Of a DNA stretch of 64,000 nucleotides, positions 8,811-16,750 are shown one piece after another. The notes below the pieces were generated by a model. It saw nothing but the letters and a program-made list of their open reading frames with translations. It ran no database searches and had not been told where the DNA came from. Positions within the stretch are counted from its first letter, which is position 1. Each line of letters opens with the position of its first letter. A program made the position numbers and the translations under genes. This DNA is from Pseudomonadota bacterium (lineage in GTDB: Bacteria; Pseudomonadota; Gammaproteobacteria; Acidiferrobacterales; Acidiferrobacteraceae). The DNA is taken from positions 3,664-67,663 of the forward strand of contig JAKBUS010000003.1 of the NCBI GenBank assembly GCA_021841585.1, given 5' to 3'.

Positions 8811-9650
8811 TTAATTCCAGATGACGCGACGTGGCTGCGGCTCGTCGTTGAAGACGACGCCCAGGAATTTCTCCTCGTCAATTCCTTTCGCCACGCCCCA
8901 GATCTGCGACTCCGTCACCTTGCCGTAGGGAACGACCAGCAATACGAAGTCGGCGATCTCGGCCAGCACGGAGGCGTCGGCGGATTCCGCTGGAGAAGCG
9001 GCATCGAGGACGATGTAGCGATCCGGGTAGCGGTCCCGCAAGTGCGCGATCAGATCACGCATGCGCCGTGAGTCGAGATGCTCGGTCCCGGCATCGCTTT
9101 TGCGGCCGGCCGGGATCAGCCGAAAGCGCGGCAACCCTCCTTCGTGTATGATCTGGCCCACCTCGACGTCTTCAGCCTCGAGGTAGTCGGTCAGTCCGTA
9201 GTGAATGTCACCGCCAGCCAGACGATCCTGCTGGGGATCGCGCAGGCGGCAATCGACCAGCAACGCGGTCTTGCTTTCATCAAAAGCAAACGCTGCGGCA
9301 AGATTCAAGGCCACGAAGCTTGCTCCGCCGTCTGGCACCACGGATGTCACAAGAACGACGCAGTTTCTCGGACCCGCGTTCTGAAGGATGTGGGTCCGCA
9401 TCTGCCGGAACGATTCCACCACTCGGGCATCCTCCATTTCTTGATAGATGATCTTGGCTTCGCTCAGATCAGAGCGCTCCATCTGGAACTTATGCGACAT
9501 TCGCGGGATCTGGGCGGTGTAGTCCGCAATGTCCTTGGCGCTCAGAATGAGCGGTCTTTCCTGGGCGGCCGCCGAGGCGGTGGTCGGCGTCGGCTGGGCG
9601 ACGTCATCCATGGCACGAGCCTTCTGCAATGCTTTTTCGACTTTGCTCAT
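8811..9650 (-). CDS. BY-kinase/MinD-fold ATPase homologue (EpsG-like) with degenerate Walker motifs
   Basis: 279 aa. It has the P-loop NTPase fold typical of chain-length-regulator kinases (VVLVTSVVPDGGASFVALNLAAAFA ... LLVDCRLRDP ... YIVLDAAS). It has a 4-nt overlap with the upstream Wzz-like gene. Confidence 0.65.
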   Translation of the reverse strand: MSKVEKALQKARAMDDVAQPTPTTASAAAQERPLILSAKDIADYTAQIPRMSHKFQMERSDLSEAKIIYQEMEDARVVESFRQMRTHILQNAGPRNCVVLVTSVVPDGGASFVALNLAAAFAFDESKTALLVDCRLRDPQQDRLAGGDIHYGLTDYLEAEDVEVGQIIHEGGLPRFRLIPAGRKSDAGTEHLDSRRMRDLIAHLRDRYPDRYIVLDAASPAESADASVLAEIADFVLLVVPYGKVTESQIWGVAKGIDEEKFLGVVFNDEPQPRRVIWN

Positions 9651-11176
9651 AGTGTTCTACCTGAAAGGACGATGCTGACGGCGATGAATAAGACGCTGAA
9701 CATGAGGACCCCGAGCCAATGGACGCTACGCCGGGCCGATAGCGCCTCGCTTGGCGCATAGAGGTGTGGCACCACCGCGAGTAGCGGCAGATTGAGGGTC
9801 TCTGGGATGACCGCCTCGGCGCGCACGCGGGCATCCATCTGGCTACGGCCATAAAGCAGGCCGAATGGCAGAAAGAGGCCAAGGACGATTCCGCCGATCA
9901 CAAAGAGCGGGAACGGGGGTCCTATCCGCTCTATCGGGCGCGTCGCCGGCTCATAGACGCGGAACGAGAGGGCCTGCTGCTCCTTGTTCAGGTTAAGGGA
10001 CACCCGCGCCTGTTCGCGGCGCTTCAAAAGACCGTTCAAGGTCTGCCGGTTCGCGGCATAATCGCGCAGCAGCGTGGACACCGCGGACGACCCCTGAGAG
10101 GCATGCAAGGCCTTCATCTGCGTACGCAGAAGGGTCTGGGACTCCATGGTCTCGGCCTGCAAAGTGGCGACGCGCGCCTGAGTCTCGTCTAGCTCATGCT
10201 CGAGCTTGCGGAAAAAACGCCCCGACCCGACCGCGAAGGCAAACGGTTGCGAGCCAGGATGAAGGGCCTTCTCACGGGCCGTGAGGCCGGCGAGCTTCGC
10301 GCGCAGACCGCGGATCTCGGACTTGAGCGTCTTGATGCCGGGATAGGTCCGGCGATAATAGAGCTGCAGCTTTTGCAAATGGGCCTCGTCTGCGATCAGA
10401 CGCGAACGGTCCAGGCCCTCTTTCGCAATGATCGAGTTCGTGCGGCCGTGGCCGGTGAGCTCGTGCTCCAGGGCCCGCACGCGCCCCTCATCTTCTTTGA
10501 GCTCGATGCGGCCCTTGTCGTAGGCCATGCGCAGATGGGCGATACGCCGTCTCTCGTAGCGCGCGAACGTGTGATCGGCATCGAGGGTGTTGGCCTTGAG
10601 CTTCTTGATCTCCGCGCCTTCGCGGGCCAGGCGATGGCGATAGCTTGCGACCTCCTGCTTCAAGAAGGTGTAGGCGCCCTGCGCCTGCTGCAAGGCCGCG
10701 CGCCGGTCTTGTCCGATGAACTGCGCGACGACCGCCTGGGTCAAGTGATGGGCGCGCAAGGCATTGGTGTCCTTAAACGACACGCTTATGAGATTCTTGC
10801 CAAGATCCATGACCGAGGCGTTGCTGCGCACCGACGCCAATATCCCGGCCATTTTGCGCGGCGACATGGACGTCTTCACAAGGCCCGCTTTGGCCATCGC
10901 CGGCATGAGGATCTCGCGGCTCGTGATGAGGTCTTGGGCGATCTTCGCGCGCTGTTGGCCGACATCGGGCTGGTAGGCCGCCCCCTTGATGAGCGGCGCA
11001 ATAAGGCGCTTGTTGTTGACGAGGATCAGGGATGTCGATTTGTAGGCTCGCGGCCATAGCAGTCCCGCGACCGTGGCCAGCGCCGTCACCGCAATGAAAG
11101 TACCGGCGACAAAGCGGCGGTGCGTAAACGCTTCCTTGCCGAGAATATGAGCGTTCTGCTCGAATGTCAGTCTCAT
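9647..11176 (-). CDS. Wzz/EpsF-like polysaccharide chain-length determinant (co-polymerase)
   Basis: 509 aa. There is an N-terminal TM (FVAGTFIAVTALATVAGLLW), a long coiled-coil periplasmic region and a C-terminal TM pair (LFVIGGIVLGLFLPFGLLYG; LGVLMFSVLFIAVSIVL). Confidence 0.65.
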   Translation of the reverse strand: MRLTFEQNAHILGKEAFTHRRFVAGTFIAVTALATVAGLLWPRAYKSTSLILVNNKRLIAPLIKGAAYQPDVGQQRAKIAQDLITSREILMPAMAKAGLVKTSMSPRKMAGILASVRSNASVMDLGKNLISVSFKDTNALRAHHLTQAVVAQFIGQDRRAALQQAQGAYTFLKQEVASYRHRLAREGAEIKKLKANTLDADHTFARYERRRIAHLRMAYDKGRIELKEDEGRVRALEHELTGHGRTNSIIAKEGLDRSRLIADEAHLQKLQLYYRRTYPGIKTLKSEIRGLRAKLAGLTAREKALHPGSQPFAFAVGSGRFFRKLEHELDETQARVATLQAETMESQTLLRTQMKALHASQGSSAVSTLLRDYAANRQTLNGLLKRREQARVSLNLNKEQQALSFRVYEPATRPIERIGPPFPLFVIGGIVLGLFLPFGLLYGRSQMDARVRAEAVIPETLNLPLLAVVPHLYAPSEALSARRSVHWLGVLMFSVLFIAVSIVLSGRTL

Positions 11177-11206
11177 ACGTTGTCCTTAAGATATTAGATG
11201 CGTGAC

Positions 11207-11854
11207 TTAGAGGAGGCGCTCTGGGACCGTGATGATGTCCCCGGGCCGAAGCCGATAGTTGGTGCCAAGCCGTCCTTCACTCAATATGTTGCCGAGCCGC
11301 ACGTGTATAACCCGCTCCGAGTGACCCACGACGCGATGGATCTCGGTATCATTGGCGGCGGCAAAGGTATTGACGCCACCGGCATCCAAGACCGCGTCCA
11401 GTACGGTCATGCCGGGTTCGTAGCGTAGCGACGCGGGATGCTCGACGGCCCCGGTCACGCGGATCCTGTTTTGGTAGCTATCCTGAACGACATGCGTGAC
11501 GATGACCGTGACCTGCGGGTCGCGCACATAGTAGGCGAGCTTGGTCTTTATGTTCCGAGCGACACCCGAGGCGGTATGGCCGGCAACTGACACCGAGCCT
11601 ATGAGCGGCATGGATATACGTCCATCCGGTCGCACCGGGACCGTCTCCGACAGCCGCTTGTTATGCCACACGGAGATCTTGATAACGTCGGCTACCACCA
11701 AGCGGTAATGGGGAATGCGCGCGTGGGCGGCGGCCGTCATGCGCGCTGCCCCACCCGCCTTCGGCATCGGGGCCTGCGCGCAAGCACTCAAACCTGCCAG
11801 CGCGAGAGTGGCGACTAATAGCTTTGGCTTCATCTGTTCCATCCTTGGCTGCAT
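11207..11854 (-). CDS. Wza/EpsE-like periplasmic polysaccharide export protein (lipoprotein)
   Basis: Lipobox LALAGLSAC. Wza-type motifs are present: YRLVVADVIKISVWHN ... VRPDGRISMPLIGSVSVAGHTASGVARNIKTKLAYYVRDPQVTVIV. Confidence 0.7.
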   Translation of the reverse strand: MQPRMEQMKPKLLVATLALAGLSACAQAPMPKAGGAARMTAAAHARIPHYRLVVADVIKISVWHNKRLSETVPVRPDGRISMPLIGSVSVAGHTASGVARNIKTKLAYYVRDPQVTVIVTHVVQDSYQNRIRVTGAVEHPASLRYEPGMTVLDAVLDAGGVNTFAAANDTEIHRVVGHSERVIHVRLGNILSEGRLGTNYRLRPGDIITVPERLL

Positions 11855-11936
11855 CTTCCTTGTGAGGGCCGTTCAACCTTATCGCGGCGGGCTCATCCCT
11901 TATATCCGACCAAGGTCCGCCCGAGAGACCCGGTAT

Positions 11937-13322
11937 CTAGCGCGCACCGTCCTGGAAAATCACGACCTGTATCGTCTGAAAGAGGATGATCAGATCCAGA
12001 AACAAGGTATTGTTCTTGACGTAATAGAGGTCATACTTCAGCTTTTCCACGGCATCCTCCACCGAGGCGCCATAGGGATAGCGTACCTGCGCCCAACCGG
12101 TGATGCCGGGCTTTATGGTGTGGCGATAACCGTAATAGGGGATGTCGCGCGCGAGCTTGTCGACAAAAAACGGGCGCTCGGGGCGAGGACCCACGAAACT
12201 CATGTCGCCACGCAGGGCGTTGAACACCTGGGGCAGTTCGTCGATACGCACCTTGCGGATGAAAGACCCGACGCGCGTCACACGGCTGTCATTGCGGCTC
12301 GCCCACTGCGGCGTCCCGTCTTTTTCGGCATTGACGCGCATGCTACGGAACTTGAACAGCGGAAACACGCGTCCGGCCTGGCCGACGCGGTCCTGCCGAT
12401 AGAGTACCGGGCCATTGTCTTCGAACTTGATCAGGATGGCCGTGATCACCATGACCGGCAGGCATACCATTAGCAGGATGATACTGGCGACGATATCAAA
12501 GACGCGCTTGATCCAGGCCTTCAGGACCCCTTGCGTGAAACCGTCGGCGAATACCAGCCAACTCGTGTTGAGCGACTCCAATTCGATGCGTCCGCTCTCG
12601 CGCTCGAAGAACGTCGTGAGATCCATGACGCGGGTCCCGGAAAGTTTGCATTCGAGCAATTCATTGACCGGCAAGCTCAGCCTGCGATCACGATTCCCGA
12701 CCACGATCTCTGTGACGTGATAGCTGCGGGCGATGTCGGCGAGTGGCTGATCACCGCGCAATACTAGCGGTCCGCCCATGTCTTCCCGCTCACCGCACGG
12801 CATGAAACCCACGACATGAAAACCGGGGCGCCCAGGGCTGCCTTGGGCAAGCGCCTGAATGGCGCGGGCGCGCTTGCCGGTGCCCAACACCAACACTTGG
12901 CGATGGACGGCCGCGCGGCTGGTGACGGCCAGATACATAAGCCGCGTCAGCATCGTCCCGCACAATGCCACGAGCACCACCGCGGCCAGCACCGTCGGCG
13001 GCAGCACCAGCGAAGGCAGGATCGGCAAGAGCGTGCAAAAGACCAGAAAACCCAGGGAAAGGCTTACGATGAGGCGTGGAAAATAGCCCCACCGCCCCTC
13101 CTCCAGTTCGCGTCGATAGAGGCCCAACGCGGTCATGACGACCCACATCACGACCACGAAAAGCAGCGCCTTGCCAGAGGTCGCGGCGAGATGGGTCCGT
13201 GTCGCGAATCCGCCGTAGCGAACCTGGGCGCCCAGGTACAGCGCGCCCCACAAGACCAACACCTCGGAAAGCCCGAGGATCACAAGGCCCGTGGGCAGAT
13301 AATGCCGGAAGATGCGAATCAC
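11937..13322 (-). CDS. Undecaprenyl-phosphate sugar phosphotransferase (priming, WbaP/EpsB-like)
   Basis: The C-terminal bacterial sugar-transferase domain is present (KRVFDIVASIILLMVCLPVMVITAILIKFEDNGPVLYRQDRVGQAGRVFPLFKFRSMR ... DELPQVFNALRGDMSFVGPRPERP). The first ~80 codons of the 541-aa ORF look non-coding, so the GTG at 13322 (VIRIFRHYLP) is taken as the start. Confidence 0.8.
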   Translation of the reverse strand: MIRIFRHYLPTGLVILGLSEVLVLWGALYLGAQVRYGGFATRTHLAATSGKALLFVVVMWVVMTALGLYRRELEEGRWGYFPRLIVSLSLGFLVFCTLLPILPSLVLPPTVLAAVVLVALCGTMLTRLMYLAVTSRAAVHRQVLVLGTGKRARAIQALAQGSPGRPGFHVVGFMPCGEREDMGGPLVLRGDQPLADIARSYHVTEIVVGNRDRRLSLPVNELLECKLSGTRVMDLTTFFERESGRIELESLNTSWLVFADGFTQGVLKAWIKRVFDIVASIILLMVCLPVMVITAILIKFEDNGPVLYRQDRVGQAGRVFPLFKFRSMRVNAEKDGTPQWASRNDSRVTRVGSFIRKVRIDELPQVFNALRGDMSFVGPRPERPFFVDKLARDIPYYGYRHTIKPGITGWAQVRYPYGASVEDAVEKLKYDLYYVKNNTLFLDLIILFQTIQVVIFQDGAR

Positions 13323-13647
13323 GTTACGTCCCTGTAACAGCTCAGCATGCCGCCATTTAGCGGTGCGAACCGTCGCAAGACAATCCGACCTTTCGGCCAC
13401 CGCAATCCGCCCTGCATCGCCGGGCGCGGACACGCCAAAACCCAAAGAACAGACGCCGCGTCCCGCTGCCAGGCGGCCCATGGACCGTGGCATGGCTTTG
13501 CCACCCGTGGCGCCGGAAACGACGTGGCCATTGCGAACTTCCCGCGAGCCTCGCGCTACCATCGCTTAAGGCGGCCCGGCATCCTGACAACGCCCCGGGA
13601 GGCGGTCATGCGATCATGCCGGTGAGCTTAAGCGCACCCCCTAGTGA

Positions 13648-14706
13648 CTAATGGCCATGCCGGTGATGAATGTCCGGGTAATGGGGATGGCTATGCACGA
13701 GCGGCTCGTGAACGTGGTAATGGACATGCGGCTCACGGCCATCCCAGGGGGAATCGTGCGCATGCTGGTGGTGGATATCGTGCGCGTGGCCGTGGCTATG
13801 CGCCAGGGCCTCATGGCTGTGGGCATGGGCATGGCGCTCGGACAGGTGTAGCCATAGGCCCGCCGCCATGAAACCCGCCGCCACCCAGAACGCCACACCC
13901 GCGCGCTCATGCAGCCCTATCAGGGCGATGACGGCCCCGACGAACGGCGCGGTGGAGAAATAGGCGCCGGTGCGCGCCGTGCCGATATGCCGCAATGCCG
14001 TGACAAATAACGTGAGGCTCACGCCATAGCCGAGGAACCCCACCACACCCGCGGCCGCGCCGGTGAGGGGCGTGGGGAGGCGCTCTCCAAGCAGCACCGC
14101 CACGGCGGTATTCACGCCCCCCGCCGCGACACCCTTGATGGCCGCGATCAATACCGGATCGCCGGCCGATACCCGCCGCGTGAGATTGTTGTCCACGGCC
14201 CAGCACAGACAGGCCCCCATGACCGCCAAGGGGCCCAGAATCGATTCCAGGCGGGCGTAGCTTTGGCCTGTGAGCAGCGCGCCCGCGAGCGCGATCAATA
14301 CCATGCCCAGCACGATGCGCCGATCATGGTGCTCATGGAACACAAACCATGCGATGAGCGCCGTGAAGACATTTTCCAGATTGAGCAACAACGAGGCGTT
14401 GGCGGCGGGCATGCGCGAGAGCCCGAACATCAACAAGATGGGGCCGAGGACACCGCCGACGGCGATCGCGGCGGCGAGCCACGGGATGTCGTGGCGCTCG
14501 ATGAGGCCAGTTTCGGCATCGCGCGCGCGCCGCCATAGCCACACACCCGAGAGGCCGGCCCCGGCGCCGAGATAGAGCAGGCCCGCGAGCGTCACGGCGG
14601 CCATGTGTCCGATCAGGACCTTGGCAAACGGGGTGCTGGCCCCAAACAGAATGGCGGCCGCAAGCGCGCTCACGATGCCGGGGGCCAGACGCGACGAGGT
14701 ATTCAA
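13648..14706 (-). CDS. DMT/EamA-family transporter with a 66-residue histidine-rich C-terminal tail
   Basis: About 10 predicted TM helices in two EamA-like halves. The tail HLSERHAHAHSHEALAHSHGHAHDIHHQHAHDSPWDGREPHVHYHVHEPLVHSHPHYPDIHHRHGH contains 24 His in 66 residues. Confidence 0.8.
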   Translation of the reverse strand: MNTSSRLAPGIVSALAAAILFGASTPFAKVLIGHMAAVTLAGLLYLGAGAGLSGVWLWRRARDAETGLIERHDIPWLAAAIAVGGVLGPILLMFGLSRMPAANASLLLNLENVFTALIAWFVFHEHHDRRIVLGMVLIALAGALLTGQSYARLESILGPLAVMGACLCWAVDNNLTRRVSAGDPVLIAAIKGVAAGGVNTAVAVLLGERLPTPLTGAAAGVVGFLGYGVSLTLFVTALRHIGTARTGAYFSTAPFVGAVIALIGLHERAGVAFWVAAGFMAAGLWLHLSERHAHAHSHEALAHSHGHAHDIHHQHAHDSPWDGREPHVHYHVHEPLVHSHPHYPDIHHRHGH

Positions 14707-14840
14707 GGGGCGATCCTTACATTATGGCGACAACGAAATCCTAGAGGCTTGGCGCGGTACCTTTCCAATCCCGCCCTGCATGGCGATGTCCAGGGCGAGC
14801 GTGGAACATGCCGCGGCGCTCATGTCAGGGTAGCGCTCCA

Positions 14841-16202
14841 TCACCCCTGCCGCGGCTCGCGATCCCGGGCGCGCAAGCGCATCAATCGCTCGCGAATGCG
14901 TATCTCAAGACCGCGGTCGGTGGGCTCGTAATAGACCGTGGGCGTCATGGCATCAGGGAAATACGAGACGCCGGCGGCGTAGGCCTCGGGTTCGTCGTGC
15001 GGATAGCGGTATTCGCGCCCGTGACCCTGAGCCCTGGCGAACGCCGTCGGGGCGTTACGCAAATGCGCGGGTACCGGCTTGGTCCCGTGGGCCTGCACGT
15101 CTTCGGTGACCGCCTGGAAGGCCCGGTAGACGGCATTGCTCTTGGGGGCCGAGGCCAGATACACCGCCGCTTGAGCGAGCGCCAGATCGCCCTCGGGACG
15201 GCCCAATCGATCGAAGGCCTGCCAGGCATCCAGGGCGATGGTCAGCGCCCGCGGATCGGCATTGCCGATATCCTCGCTCGCCGCGCGCACCAGCCGGCGA
15301 GCCACATAACGGGGATCGCAGCCCCCATCGAGGAGTCGCGCCAGCCAATACAGGGCGCCATCGGGGCTTGAGCCACGCACCGCCTTGTGGAGCGCGGAGA
15401 TCTGGTCATAAAGGAGATCCCCACCCTTGTCGAAGCGCCGGTAGCGGGTGCCGGCGGCGCGGCGCACATGCGCCTCGTCGATGACCGTGACGTCCGCCTG
15501 CGCGGCAAGCTCCGCCGCCATCTCCAGCAACGTGAGCGCGCGGCGCGCATCGCCATCGGCAAGATCGGTAATCAGCGCCAGCGCCTCCGCAGACGCCGTC
15601 CGCGCCCGCGCCAGGCCCTCGGGTACCTCCAGGGCACGAACCAAAAGCCGCCCAAGATCCGCGGGCGTCAAGGGTTCCAGGACGTGGAGGCGCACACGCG
15701 ACAGCAATGCAGCGGTGAGCGCGAACGCCGGGTTCTCGGTGGTGGCCCCGATCAACACCACCGTGCCTTCCTCGAGAGGGCGCAGCAAGGCGTCCTGCTG
15801 GGCGCGGCTGTAGCGATGAATCTCATCTATGAAGGCGATGAGGCCGTGGCTTTGCGCGCGCGCCTCGCGCCCCCGCTCCTCGAGTTCCTTCAACTCGCGC
15901 ACGCCGCTCGTGAGCGCGCTCAAGATGACGAACTCCCCCCCGGAGGCCTGCGCCAGCAGGCGCGCAAGCGTGGTCTTGCCGCTGCCCGGCGGCCCATAGA
16001 GGATCATGGGATAGGGATGGCCGCGCTCATAGGCGATCTTGAGCGGCGCATCTTGCGCGAGCAGCGACTCCTGCCCGACGAAATCCGCAAGGGTGCGGGG
16101 GCGCAGGCGTTCCGCGAGCGGGGTATGCACTACTGATAGACGATGGCCGTATGCGGTGGCGGCCGAAAGCGAAACGTGGAGGTCGGCAGCGCCATGTTCC
16201 AA
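14841..16202 (-). CDS. rarA: Replication-associated recombination protein A (AAA ATPase)
   Basis: PLAERLRPRTLADFVGQESLL, Walker A GPPGSGKTTLARLLA and the conserved C-terminal MgsA region are present. The start is uncertain: a GTG at 16130 overlaps the lolA stop by 1 nt (TAGTG) and is a plausible alternative. Confidence 0.85.
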   Translation of the reverse strand: MEHGAADLHVSLSAATAYGHRLSVVHTPLAERLRPRTLADFVGQESLLAQDAPLKIAYERGHPYPMILYGPPGSGKTTLARLLAQASGGEFVILSALTSGVRELKELEERGREARAQSHGLIAFIDEIHRYSRAQQDALLRPLEEGTVVLIGATTENPAFALTAALLSRVRLHVLEPLTPADLGRLLVRALEVPEGLARARTASAEALALITDLADGDARRALTLLEMAAELAAQADVTVIDEAHVRRAAGTRYRRFDKGGDLLYDQISALHKAVRGSSPDGALYWLARLLDGGCDPRYVARRLVRAASEDIGNADPRALTIALDAWQAFDRLGRPEGDLALAQAAVYLASAPKSNAVYRAFQAVTEDVQAHGTKPVPAHLRNAPTAFARAQGHGREYRYPHDEPEAYAAGVSYFPDAMTPTVYYEPTDRGLEIRIRERLMRLRARDREPRQG

Positions 16203-16750
16203 TGCAGATCATGGAGCCGGATATCGGTGGTCTGGCCCATCGCGTCCGCGACCACGATGCGCCCGATGCGCACCCCCCGGTAACCGATACGGATCCAACG
16301 AAAGCCCTGGCCGTGCCCGCGCGGCCGCAGGCGAATCCAACGCAAGCCATCATGATCCGCCAGTGTCTGCACGACAAACAGCCCCGAGAGGTGGCCATCG
16401 CCGGCCAACAACAGCGCGGGGGTCCGGCCAAGGGCCGCCGACGCCTTATAGCGCGTCGCCTGTGCGAGACCCGGGTCGTACAGCCAGACCTGGCGGCCAC
16501 GGCCCACGATCTGCTCGCGGTACGGCGTCGTATAATTCCAACGGAATCGCCCCGGACGCTTAAGCCACACCTGCCCGCGGCCGCGGCTCACCACATGGCC
16601 GCGCCGATCGCGCACGACCTGCGTGAACCGCCCGTGGAGGGTATGGACGGTGGCGAAGAATCGCGCGAGGTCGGCGCCCAGCACCGGCACCGGCACCAGT
16701 GCCGTCCACCACAACACCATCCGCAAAAAACGGCGGCCCGTCATCATCAC
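16130..16750 (-). CDS. lolA: Outer-membrane lipoprotein carrier protein LolA
   Basis: 206 aa with a signal peptide. FTQVVRDRRGHVV ... GQVWLKRPGRFRWNY is typical of LolA. It sits in the conserved ftsK-lolA-rarA order and has an ATGA overlap with the ftsK stop. Confidence 0.8.
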   Translation of the reverse strand: MMMTGRRFLRMVLWWTALVPVPVLGADLARFFATVHTLHGRFTQVVRDRRGHVVSRGRGQVWLKRPGRFRWNYTTPYREQIVGRGRQVWLYDPGLAQATRYKASAALGRTPALLLAGDGHLSGLFVVQTLADHDGLRWIRLRPRGHGQGFRWIRIGYRGVRIGRIVVADAMGQTTDIRLHDLHWNMALPTSTFRFRPPPHTAIVYQ

